Virus record (IMG/VR): IMGVR_UViG_3300033463_000024
DNA from: a virus
Lineage: Duplodnaviria; Heunggongvirae; Uroviricota; Caudoviricetes
Length of the DNA stretch: 64,000 nucleotides
Strand: one strand, 5' to 3'
Shown here one piece after another: positions 45,003 through 53,848 of this stretch (position 1 is its first letter; every line of letters begins with the position of its first letter). Under the pieces are notes generated by a model, which searched no databases, was not told the origin of the DNA, and saw nothing but the letters and a program-made list of their open reading frames with translations. The translations under genes and the position numbers were made by a program.

Positions 45003-46499
45003 TTAAGTTGCATTTTTCAACAGGTCGTCGATTCCCATTGTCCACCTGCACCAGGCAGGTACAATTCCGGCACCGGTTCCAGCTTTCACCACGCAGATAC
45101 GGTTGACCTCGCGTGGGCGTTCCCAGTCAAACTCGCAGTCGGTAAGAAACACTATGCCATCATAAGTCCTGTGTTCCATTTCAAGCCGTTTAAGCACGCA
45201 CTGCGGATTTGTCATGCCACCCCCGAACACGTCCGTATTGAATACGTCCTTAGGGTCATGCAGGATTTCAGAACATACGTCATCCCAATAGCACAGGTCA
45301 AGCGCGGCATCGCCGATGAAGTTGTTCACTGCGGCAAAGCACCGGTTTACCAGGTTCATGCTAAGCATGGAGCCTGATACGTCAACTGCAAACAATAGTT
45401 TCGGCTTGTCCTTCTTGCGGACATGGCCAGGGGCTATCGAGCCGAACCGGCGCAGGGCCAGGTTGGGCATGGACCACGTCTGCCTGGTCGATGCACCGAA
45501 ATTGCTAGTCATGAACATGTTGAACAGACGAGCGGCATCTACATGCACGCGGTTGGCTTCCTTGATAACCAGGGCCAACTGGCCACTGGCACCACCTTGC
45601 CCATTGGCAAACTGAATCGAGGCGGCATCGCGGATATTGTCGGAAGCGTCAGAATCCTGTCCCCAGTCCTTCATGTCCTGGGCCGAATTTTCCGGGTCAA
45701 ACATCTGCTGGATAGCCTGATAGGATTCGCTCTTCCCATCATCACTATCCCCTGCATTGTCGCCACCGCTTCCCGATTCGCCTTCGTTTTCGGAGTCGGC
45801 ATCGTCATCATCAAAGTCATCGGATTCCCCGGAACCTCCACCGCCTTCCTGGGATTTATCATCCTCGCCTTCTTCCCCGCCAGATTCGCCATCGTGGTTC
45901 GGTTCGCCACCTTCCTCGTCACCGTTGTCGCTTTGTTCACCGTTGCCTTCGCTCCCGCTATCTTCCTGGTTGCCGTCCGGATTCTTTTCGTCGGTTTCAT
46001 TTTCGGAATCCTCCTTGCTCTGCATAAGGAGGTCGAACACCTTTTCAAGGGTCAAGTCCTTGACAGGGTCAAACCCGGCTGCAGCAAACTTGTCGGAATA
46101 AGCCCAGATGCTCGGGAACAACTGTCCAACAATCGCCGAATTGTCATCGACGGTAGTATCGACGACATGCCGGGCGTATTCATATACCACCAGGTCACTT
46201 GCAAGCCTGAACATGGCTTCAGGCATCTTTACACGGGTATCGCAATGGTGCAACGCTATCCTGAGGCAGTTGGCATACAGCACCGCCCCGAGCAAGGACG
46301 GTTCCATCATGTTCACGAACCAGTCACTGTACTCGATAAACGGCTTTCCGGCATCGCATCCAGCTCGCATGGTTATCGACTTGTCACTAGTCATGCGCTT
46401 GTTGAGCATGACATAGAAACCAAGGAGAATGGGCGCCCGGTTTGACATCAAGTTAGCCGCATAGGACAGCTTGGACTGTATTTCATTTTCGTCAAGCAT
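45003..46499 (-). CDS. DUF2201-like protein: peptidase-like N-domain, acidic linker, C-terminal vWA
   Basis: MIDAS-like AVDVSGSM, GGGMT, VFLTD; long D/E/G/S linker. Confidence 0.85.
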   Translation of the reverse strand: MLDENEIQSKLSYAANLMSNRAPILLGFYVMLNKRMTSDKSITMRAGCDAGKPFIEYSDWFVNMMEPSLLGAVLYANCLRIALHHCDTRVKMPEAMFRLASDLVVYEYARHVVDTTVDDNSAIVGQLFPSIWAYSDKFAAAGFDPVKDLTLEKVFDLLMQSKEDSENETDEKNPDGNQEDSGSEGNGEQSDNGDEEGGEPNHDGESGGEEGEDDKSQEGGGGSGESDDFDDDDADSENEGESGSGGDNAGDSDDGKSESYQAIQQMFDPENSAQDMKDWGQDSDASDNIRDAASIQFANGQGGASGQLALVIKEANRVHVDAARLFNMFMTSNFGASTRQTWSMPNLALRRFGSIAPGHVRKKDKPKLLFAVDVSGSMLSMNLVNRCFAAVNNFIGDAALDLCYWDDVCSEILHDPKDVFNTDVFGGGMTNPQCVLKRLEMEHRTYDGIVFLTDCEFDWERPREVNRICVVKAGTGAGIVPAWCRWTMGIDDLLKNAT

Positions 46500-46708
46500 C
46501 AGTATCTCTTAGAAACCCACTCGTATGGATTGAAATCTCGAAAATTTAAAGAGAATTTTTCCTTGACAGCTTCCTTAAGCGTCACATCTTCGGTGGCATA
46601 TTGCAATACTGCGCCGAACACGGATGCGATAAACGCAAGCGGCCAAATAGTGCACAGCAATGTGCAGCTAATGACTATAAAAAGCAATCCCCGTAATATC
46701 TTTTTCAT
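46499..46708 (-). CDS. small membrane protein
   Basis: Hydrophobic N-half; GGAGG RBS. Confidence 0.65.
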   Translation of the reverse strand: MKKILRGLLFIVISCTLLCTIWPLAFIASVFGAVLQYATEDVTLKEAVKEKFSLNFRDFNPYEWVSKRY

Positions 46709-46911
46709 GGATTATATCCTCCGATGTTTTAATTACTGATATTGTGTACATGGAGCACTATCATCTTCCTCATACCTCCAGCAGACAGACTTCGGGTTAT
46801 CTATTTCGCTGTTGGTTGGGTCATTGAAGCGACTGCCAAAGGAGCAAAGGTTGTAGAATGCATTGGCACAGTCGCCACGGTGCTTGCAGAGCTTATACTG
46901 TCTGTCCATCA

Positions 46912-47193
46912 TCAGTCATCCACTTCCGTCGCAGTCTTCATCGCCTTTTTGGCGACTTCAAGACTGCATTGCGGGTCAAGGTTCATCGGGCCGAGAAGGG
47001 TCACCAGTCCCATGACCTTGCCCATATGAGTCTGGCCAGGCAGCATGAATTCGCCATTTCTCTTTCCTAGAATGGCATCATACCGTTCCAGTGCACCTTC
47101 CCTGTCCTTTGCCCGTATAATGAAAAACGGTTCGCCAAAAGACGTGGCCTCCGGGTGCCTGGGATCATAGCATCCTACAAGATATTTTAACAT
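46912..47193 (-). CDS. hypothetical protein
   Basis: GAGGT RBS. Confidence 0.65.
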   Translation of the reverse strand: MLKYLVGCYDPRHPEATSFGEPFFIIRAKDREGALERYDAILGKRNGEFMLPGQTHMGKVMGLVTLLGPMNLDPQCSLEVAKKAMKTATEVDD

Positions 47194-47897
47194 GACGATA
47201 CCTCGATTGCATTGGTACATTTCTTCATAGCGTCATCAGAATCCTTCGCCATGACCGTAACGATTTCCTTGGTGAGATACCTGCCTACCTTGATAAGGTT
47301 CTTCCTTTCGCTGCGCTTCCTGGACTTCAGTTCATCGGCATCAAGGTAACGGGTTACCTTGAATTCACGGTCATCGCGGTCATCCTGGAACAGTCTAGCC
47401 ATCTGGTTAAACTCTTCCTCGGTAATTTCTTTGAACTGCATATTTGCCAGCATATGCAGGTCGAGCACGTAGTTAACCTTGTCACCAAACAGGTCATAGC
47501 AAGACATTTCAATATATCCGGAACTGACACTAGTATTGACAGCACTGATATAAGATACGCACAGGAACTTCTTGACCGTTCGGGTAATACGCTCGCCCCT
47601 ATAATGGTAGGAATGTTCACTATACTTGCGTGAATAGATGGATACAGGGTCAACACTGCTGAAAAATGCAGTATCATTGACTTCATCGTGATATCCAATG
47701 ACTTCCTTGTCAATCAGGATAAAGAACTTGCCCCGATACTTTTTGAAGAACCGTCCAACGAATCGTTCGCGGTCGGATGACCAGTAGTTATTCTTGGATT
47801 TAAACGCCTCGTACTTTTTGTTGATGAACAGGCTATGTGCTTCAAACGTATCAAGCACTCTCTTTACGGATTCTCTGTCAAACATGTCATATTTCAT
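47187..47897 (-). CDS. hypothetical protein (leaderless)
   Basis: ATG 6 nt from -10 box. Confidence 0.8.
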   Translation of the reverse strand: MKYDMFDRESVKRVLDTFEAHSLFINKKYEAFKSKNNYWSSDRERFVGRFFKKYRGKFFILIDKEVIGYHDEVNDTAFFSSVDPVSIYSRKYSEHSYHYRGERITRTVKKFLCVSYISAVNTSVSSGYIEMSCYDLFGDKVNYVLDLHMLANMQFKEITEEEFNQMARLFQDDRDDREFKVTRYLDADELKSRKRSERKNLIKVGRYLTKEIVTVMAKDSDDAMKKCTNAIEVSSC

Positions 47898-47903
47898 GTT
47901 GGG

Positions 47904-47932
47904 AATATAGCAAAAAAGGCGCCCCGTGGCAA
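47904..47932 (-). promoter_or_regulatory. sigma70-like promoter (class II); -35 lies in a terminator loop
   Basis: TTGCCA-N17-TATATT; GGCGTCCCG-TTGCCA-CGGGGCGCC-TTTTTT on minus. Confidence 0.75.
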
Positions 47933-47987
47933 CGGGACGCCTTGCTGGACATTGAACGCAAAGCTCTTGTCGGAAGCGTCAAGCTTA

Positions 47988-48176
47988 TTAGTACCAATTA
48001 TCCTTATTCTTGGCCCATTCGTTATTGCGGCGTTCGCGAGCTACCTTCTTCAAGTCAATGCCGCTAGACACCGCGAAACTCTTTGCCGCCTTGGCCTGTT
48101 TCTTCCAGCGAGCATCCTTCTGCTCCTGGGTCTCCTCAACAAATTCTTTCTTCTTCTCTTTCATGTTGTTCTCCAT
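47988..48176 (-). CDS. small basic hypothetical protein
   Basis: 62-aa K/E-rich ORF. Confidence 0.65.
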   Translation of the reverse strand: MENNMKEKKKEFVEETQEQKDARWKKQAKAAKSFAVSSGIDLKKVARERRNNEWAKNKDNWY

Positions 48177-48186
48177 TCGATATTAG

Positions 48187-48262
48187 TATCCGTGACAGGG
48201 CTCGAACCTGTGTAAAACACCTCTTTAGGAGAGAGGGGCCATTCCAACTTGACGACACGGAC
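48187..48262 (-). tRNA. tRNA-Arg(CCT)
   Basis: GTCCGTG/CACGGAT; CCTCT-CTCCTAA-AGAGG; ACAGG-TTCGAGC-CCTGT. Confidence 0.85.
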
Positions 48263-48387
48263 TCGTTAAAAACATGCGCACCAGGCATCCACCTTCATTG
48301 CCTGACTTTGGCCGACCCGGAATCGACAGGGCAGGAGACTCCCGTGATCAACGGAAGCTACACTATGCGCATTTGTTAGTCATTCAT

Positions 48388-48633
48388 TCATTCAGTTTCC
48401 TTCAAATCGCTAAGGGACGACAGCACGGCACCCGCAACACTCTTGGTCTCTAACAGGTTGTGCATGAACAAAAGGTTCTCGTACTTGTCCATCTGATAGT
48501 TAATGCTGGCAAGGACATCCTTCAGCGTGGCTGTCGGTCCGTACACCCTTATAAGGTCAAGGACCATTCCCTTGTGTTCCTTAGCGGAGCAATAGACTTC
48601 CAAGTCATTGTGGAATTCGTTTTTGTCAGCCAT
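48388..48633 (-). CDS. hypothetical protein
   Basis: GGAGGA RBS, MADKNEF. Confidence 0.7.
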   Translation of the reverse strand: MADKNEFHNDLEVYCSAKEHKGMVLDLIRVYGPTATLKDVLASINYQMDKYENLLFMHNLLETKSVAGAVLSSLSDLKETE

Positions 48634-48800
48634 TTTTCCTCCATTAAAAGTGATCGGCGCACGGTTTCCGGATTCCAACACCGGGTTTCCCCCGAATACA
48701 GGGAGGCGTCCTATGGAAATTAGACGATACCTATGCGCCGTCTGCTTACCGGATGCGCCAGATGTTATCCATGGTTCAGCGGGCGCCCGTTGGGCAAAAG

Positions 48801-48874
48801 TGGACCGGCCTGGACTTGAACCAGGGACCAACGGGTTATGAGTCCGCCGCTCTGACCAACTGAGCTACCGGTCC
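48801..48874 (-). tRNA. tRNA-CAT (Ile2 or Met)
   Basis: GGACCGG/CCGGTCC; loop CTCATAA; canonical D/T arms. TAGCTCAG D arm resembles Ile2. Confidence 0.88.
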
Positions 48875-48967
48875 GTTTAAATTTCCCTACCTGGCCAGAG
48901 GGCTGCATGTGTGGCTCTTTGTTGCCACCCGCACGGAATACTCCTTCAACCGGTAACCCGGCCAATG

Positions 48968-49048
48968 TGCTACAGCAGGTTTCGAACCTAGCGTCTCTCG
49001 CGTCAGTTGCCCGAGGCGGGTATGTTCTTCCAACTACACCACGCAGCC
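48968..49048 (-). ncRNA. tRNA-like RNA, anticodon loop replaced by GCAA-tetraloop hairpin
   Basis: GCTGCG/TGTAGC; GTGT-AGTTGGAAGA-ACAT; CCCGC-[C TCGG GCAA CTGA C]-GCGAG; TTCGAAA T loop. Confidence 0.65.
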
Positions 49049-49161
49049 TGTTTTTCTTCCATGCGTCCAGTATGTCGCCGTGCACTGCGACAATTTCAAA
49101 TTCAAGACAGTCCTTTCTCACTGTGACCTAGCCTACTCGTTCGACAGCTTGCGCCGCTATT

Positions 49162-49242
49162 CGGATCAACTGGGACTTTAACCCAGAGCCTCCAACGAGG
49201 GTTGCCCCGGTCGGTGTTCTAGTCATTTGGAACTAAAGACCC
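49162..49242 (-). ncRNA. tRNA-like RNA, anticodon loop replaced by GCAA-tetraloop hairpin
   Basis: GGGTC/GATCC; GTTC/GAAC; CCGAC-[C GGG GCAA CCC TC]-GTTGG; CTGGG-TTAAAGT-CCCAG. Confidence 0.65.
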
Positions 49243-49384
49243 GCGACTTTCGGCTTAGACCTTATTCTATCTCAAAAAAGTTTCGATGGTGCCCGGTTTA
49301 GAACGGTGTCATTAAGTTACACATCGAACTTAAATCGACCGAATATACACATTGTTTTTGCTTTTAACACGTACAAATTCTTAG

Positions 49385-49460
49385 TAGCGGGTCTGGGAGT
49401 CTGACCCAGTATCTCGGAGCTTATGAGGCTCGAATGGTATATACGTTCCACTCACCCGCA
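49385..49460 (-). tRNA. tRNA-Met(CAT), atypical
   Basis: GCGGGT/ACCCGC with 1:72 mismatch; GAGC-CTCATAA-GCTC; T loop TCAGACT. Confidence 0.7.
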
Positions 49461-49490
49461 ACTAAAAACTCAACAGCGTTTATATTCTAG

Positions 49491-49563
49491 CTCCGGAGGA
49501 GAGGCTCGAACTCCCGACCTGATGCTTACAAGGCAACTGCTCTACCAACTGAGCTACTCCGGA
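49491..49563 (-). tRNA. tRNA-Thr(TGT)
   Basis: TCCGGAG/CTCCGGA; loop CTTGTAA. Confidence 0.9.
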
Positions 49564-49732
49564 AAAAGACGTACCCTTATCTGCGGTCACCTAGATGATC
49601 CGAGTCGAGCGGATATAGCCGGTGAAGCGGAACCCTTACCATCAAGGGCGTTACTCTGCATACCGGTGCATTCAAATGGCCCTACATGCTTCCTACTCCG
49701 AGTAGGCAGACATCGGGTACGTGATGGTTTAG

Positions 49733-49805
49733 CTGATACACCTGGACTCGAACCAGGGACAACGCGATTAACAGTCGCGGGCTCTACCAACTGAGCTATG
49801 TATCA
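49733..49805 (-). tRNA. tRNA-Asn(GTT)
   Basis: TGATACA/TGTATCA; CGCGA-CTGTTAA-TCGCG. Confidence 0.93.
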
Positions 49806-49811
49806 ATAAAA

Positions 49812-50860
49812 GCGCCGGGGTGGTTCATGATCTAAACCAGGGAAGAACCACCCCTTGCCGCTTGCCGTTCTCGCATTTTTCGCTTCCAGAGGCGCCTTGT
49901 GCCACGGTACGCATGTACATGGTGGGTCCAAGGTACAATAGTAAGCAAGCGACTATTTTCCGCTACCTTAGCCGGTAGGCCACACATATCCAGTTTCTCG
50001 AGACCCGGAGTCTGCGTTTGGTTCTGCGGATATTAAATTCGATGTCACCGGTGCGGTTAGGCGTGGGTCTCCACAGGCTTTCACCCTCAACCAGACGATG
50101 TGCCCTAACAATCTTCACCGATGACGTTTTATAGAACATCCCGGAATCTTAAAATTTCCTACTTTGGCTGTCCCATTCTCCGCGATTTCTCGGGGAGGAG
50201 GACCGCCCGGCCTTACACCGTACTTAATAATAAGGCGTTCCATAAGCGTTGCGGATAGGGACGGAACCTATATCACCCGCGCTGTTTGCCACATCCGTTA
50301 TTTGATACATTCGTGGCCACGATGGCGCCGGGGTCCTAAGCACAGACGCTATTAACGCCTGCTCGTTTAGACGACCGCGTTTTTCAAACACACTGCCGGT
50401 TATAGCGCCGGCCTACCGCTTTACGCTGCTGTGACTGGTACGCAGTCCACAGTGCAACCCGTATCCACGAAGGGACCAGGAGAATGAAACTCTCGGCACA
50501 CCCTGAGCCACAATTAAGTAATCCGGGTGCTCTCGATTTTACGAGCTCGTCTACCTTAGCCGATGCTAGACGAGAACCCCTTGTCAGGGGAAGCCTCTGA
50601 CCCTGTGAATCTGTTACGAAGCATCTTGCCACGCCCATCCACCAAGATGGGTCCTCAGGTCATACTTTGGTCCACTGCCTTCATGCAACATCGGCAACAC
50701 TCGTAACCGTATATGCAATCTACCCCGTGCTGAAGGGCGGTCCTACCGGCAGGAGGACATAAATTCAACAATATGTGCCCGTTTCCCCGGCCCCTAGTCA
50801 GATCAATTCCAACGGACCTTCCCGGGTGTCCGTCAGCCTATTGGGCCTACGAGCACATAT
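49812..50860 (-). ncRNA. candidate large structured ncRNA(s)
   Basis: About 1 kb with no credible ORF and many inverted repeats, between tRNA-Asn and tmRNA; strand inferred from neighbours. Confidence 0.4.
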
Positions 50861-50867
50861 CTATTCG

Positions 50868-51227
50868 TGGAGGTGAGGGGGTTCGAACCCCTGTCCTAAA
50901 CTTCCTTCCAATTCAACCATATCGCCATCAATCGTTTCGGGCCCTGACCTGTTGCCCAAGGTGATCTAACCAGTGAGGGTTCTGGATTAAAGTAAGGTAG
51001 GCCATGCAAATCCATAACTCCGGCCTAGATTCGAGAGATATGCACTTGGTCCCGGGATTTATTCCTCTCGCTTGTCCCAGGCAGCAGCATAACTACCGAT
51101 TAGGCAGCCATGCGGCAGGCGTATGCATTGTTAGCATTTATTCTTTCAGTCCGTTTTTACGAAGCCACAGACTAACTTCGGGCGAGGCCTCCATGGTCAG
51201 ATGCCCAGTCGAAACCAAAGCACCCCC
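50868..51227 (-). ncRNA. ssrA: tmRNA
   Basis: 5' GGGGGTG...TTTCGAC, 3' GGGG-TTCGAAC-CCCC-TCACCTCCA with G3:U70; tag ORF ANNAYACRMAA* (51135-51100) after ATAAAT. Confidence 0.93.
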
Positions 51228-51545
51228 AGAGAGCATGGGACTAGTTGCTTATCGTCCCAAGAAACCAATCGAATGAGTATCCAAGCAACGCAATCATCCA
51301 ATTGGCGACATTCAACGGAACAAGGGGAATCCCGATTCGCTACCCCTCACATGCCACCCTCCCTAACGGGAGTGCCTTCATTACTGAAGACCTCAAACAA
51401 AGGCATGTGGACCACTTAATTGTTCATCCAGACTGTTCCAAATTGTTCGACACATTTAACCTTTTTATCCGGCATGCGCTGCAGCCACACGATACCGGGC
51501 GAGCACCAAAGGTCGATTTCAAACCGCTCTTCTTGTTTAATTTCG

Positions 51546-51619
51546 TCGGAGTAACTGGATTCGAACCAGCGACCCTCTGCTCCCAAAGCAGATGCTCTAC
51601 CAGACTGAGCTAAACTCCG
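51546..51619 (-). tRNA. tRNA-Pro(TGG)
   Basis: CGGAGT/ACTCCG; TCTGC-TTTGGGA-GCAGA. Confidence 0.93.
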
Positions 51620-52035
51620 ATGTGCCCCTTTGCCTCACGGCGCCTTTGACGGCAAGATCTCCCAGAGGGGGGCTGACTCTTCCTACTGCTACGATCGCTC
51701 CCTTCCCAACGTACTACGGTCAGTCCAGGAACAACGCCCCCAGCCGAGGGGCTTAGGTCGTTACGTCGGCGCACAGTTTGCACGCCCAGTACATGGGGAG
51801 AGTTCGACGGCCACAAGTGACCCTTAAACTCTTTACTATTGAGACCATGCCATGTTTTTGGTACGACGAGGAACTACGATGCCGCTGCAGGCGGCCACCT
51901 TTAAACTTTTCGGTAGCACGGGAAACAAACGGTGAATAAAGAACCCGTGCTACCGCTGCACTATTTAAACGCTTCCGACATGTCAATCTTCTGATATGGC
52001 TCTCGGCCAAATCGCCGCTCTTCCCGGCTGTTCCA

Positions 52036-52064
52036 AATGTAGCAAATGTTTTTGCTTTTGGCAA
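52036..52064 (-). promoter_or_regulatory. sigma70-like promoter (class II) heading the RNA cluster
   Basis: TTGCCA-N17-TACATT. Confidence 0.75.
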
Positions 52065-52100
52065 CCAGAAAAGTGAAATTTATTGCAGCTTATATGATAT

Positions 52101-52328
52101 TCAAAAATTTTTATCGGATTTATATGGGTAAGCTGCCTCGAAATCATACCGGACATTGTATCCCGGATTCTCTGCCTGGCACTTTTCCTTCATCTTGCAT
52201 AGTCCAAACTTCGAAAAGAACCACACAAAGGGCCAGAAAATGCCGGTTTCTATCTCGATGGTTATCTTGGGTCTTGGGACGGCCTTAAGTAACTCATCCA
52301 ATTTCTTTTCTTCGTCGGGCATATTCAT
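52101..52328 (-). CDS. hypothetical protein
   Basis: AAGGA RBS. Confidence 0.65.
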   Translation of the reverse strand: MNMPDEEKKLDELLKAVPRPKITIEIETGIFWPFVWFFSKFGLCKMKEKCQAENPGYNVRYDFEAAYPYKSDKNF

Positions 52329-52330
52329 AA

Positions 52331-52708
52331 TCAGTCCTTTCCAGCTTCCAATATATCAATTTCCAGATCATCCTGTTTGGTATAAAGGTAACTGGTCAGA
52401 TATTTAACAAGTGGATTGGACACCTTAATGCGCACCTTTATCTCACCATCCGACCGGTATCGACATGAGGTCATATTAATCATTTCATCCAATGTCACAT
52501 TCATGTCTATAGCGAATTTCGCTAATGTCATGGTAAGGCGTTCTTTAAGACCCGCAGCAAGCTTCTTTCCATCGCCATCTTTTCTTGGAGAACATAACAT
52601 GGAATAAGATACATTGGTGATTTTTGTCGGTTTGTCATTTTCTTTCAGTGACTTTACCAATCTGCGACGGCAGTATGGGCAATCTACCTTAGTCGTATTT
52701 TTAGCCAT
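52331..52708 (-). CDS. hypothetical protein with CxxC
   Basis: AAGGA RBS; CPYC. Confidence 0.7.
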   Translation of the reverse strand: MAKNTTKVDCPYCRRRLVKSLKENDKPTKITNVSYSMLCSPRKDGDGKKLAAGLKERLTMTLAKFAIDMNVTLDEMINMTSCRYRSDGEIKVRIKVSNPLVKYLTSYLYTKQDDLEIDILEAGKD

Positions 52709-52709
52709 G

Positions 52710-53042
52710 CTAGTCCTTCTTTCCGTTCAAACTGATCGGTTCAATATGACGTTTCAGTCCGAGATCAGTCTGCATCCAGTCCGGTTGGTTAATCCAACGT
52801 AAAGTAGTGGTTTCACCCGCATTCATTTGGAACGGTTTCGCGTCCTTAAGCATTTCAGCCTGAATTTCCTCGGACCAGAGGGTGAAGAACCAGTTACCAA
52901 ACTGCTTCAGCTTGTGCTGAATGAAGCAATACAGCTTTTGGCGTCTCGGGTGTCCGGCATCCTTTGCTTCACGTTCATAACGTTTGAACTGTTTGCGAAG
53001 GGCAACTGTCTTGGAACTGATTGTAACTGCTAAGTGTGTCAT
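52710..53042 (-). CDS. hypothetical protein
   Basis: AGAGGA RBS behind class II promoter. Confidence 0.7.
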   Translation of the reverse strand: MTHLAVTISSKTVALRKQFKRYEREAKDAGHPRRQKLYCFIQHKLKQFGNWFFTLWSEEIQAEMLKDAKPFQMNAGETTTLRWINQPDWMQTDLGLKRHIEPISLNGKKD

Positions 53043-53066
53043 TTTGTATCCTCTCTTGATACCTCA

Positions 53067-53095
53067 AATGTAGCATCAACTGCGAAGAATGGCAA
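53067..53095 (-). promoter_or_regulatory. sigma70-like promoter (class II)
   Basis: TTGCCA-N17-TACATT. Confidence 0.75.
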
Positions 53096-53563
53096 CTAGG
53101 CAAGTCTAAGGTTACATTTTGGTTGAATTTTCCGCTTTAGCTGAATTGCCCAAGAAGGTATTGAATGCTGTTCGACTTCATTCCTGTACATTGAGTTTGC
53201 AAGGTTTGCGATCTCATCAATGTTACTCTTTGTAAACCCAAGACCCCGTGTGAGATTCATCCATAGCATATATGCATACTCTTTCGTGCCTTGATCATCC
53301 GGATCGACCGGGGTACCCTCGAAATCAGCCAGGAACTGCAGGTACCCCTGGAATTCCCGTCCATATTCAAGATACTTCGCGAATGTCATCTTCGATACAT
53401 CAAGACTGATACCGAGATACATGCACTGCTCGCTAATTACAGTCTGGGTATATGTATCCATTACCCGGTACCCATTCCGTTCAATCCACCTATACTCATC
53501 GGGGGTGTCCGCCTCAAAGGTGAAGTTCGGATCTGATGGGGAGTTGATTTTTATTCTAAACAA
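53096..53563 (-). CDS. hypothetical protein
   Basis: 155-aa ORF, TTG start. Confidence 0.7.
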   Translation of the reverse strand: MFRIKINSPSDPNFTFEADTPDEYRWIERNGYRVMDTYTQTVISEQCMYLGISLDVSKMTFAKYLEYGREFQGYLQFLADFEGTPVDPDDQGTKEYAYMLWMNLTRGLGFTKSNIDEIANLANSMYRNEVEQHSIPSWAIQLKRKIQPKCNLRLA

Positions 53564-53848
53564 TGCGGTACCTATTCCAACGAAAGGGTCAGGGAACTAT
53601 ATTTTTATATCGTTTGAACATCTTGCGCAGCATTCTCAGCTGCCGTCTTGCTTCTTTCGTCGGATAGATCAGAGCAAACTGTTTTTGGGATGGACGATAC
53701 CACAGGTCGGCTTTACAGTTCTCCCCAATGCGATAATATCCAACGTCGCCATCATTCCAGTCAGCCCGGATATAATACAGTTTTTCGATGTATTAACCAA
53801 AGACACCGATATCCGTAACTCATAGCCGAATAACTTTATGGTCATAAA

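Noticed and set aside
49812-52035. RNase P or SRP RNA
   Set aside because: Could not find GAGGAAAGTCC or the SRP GGAA domain signature on either strand by eye
48765-52064. Short ORFs predicted in the tRNA region
   Set aside because: They overlap tRNA/tmRNA genes or hairpin-rich DNA and lack RBS
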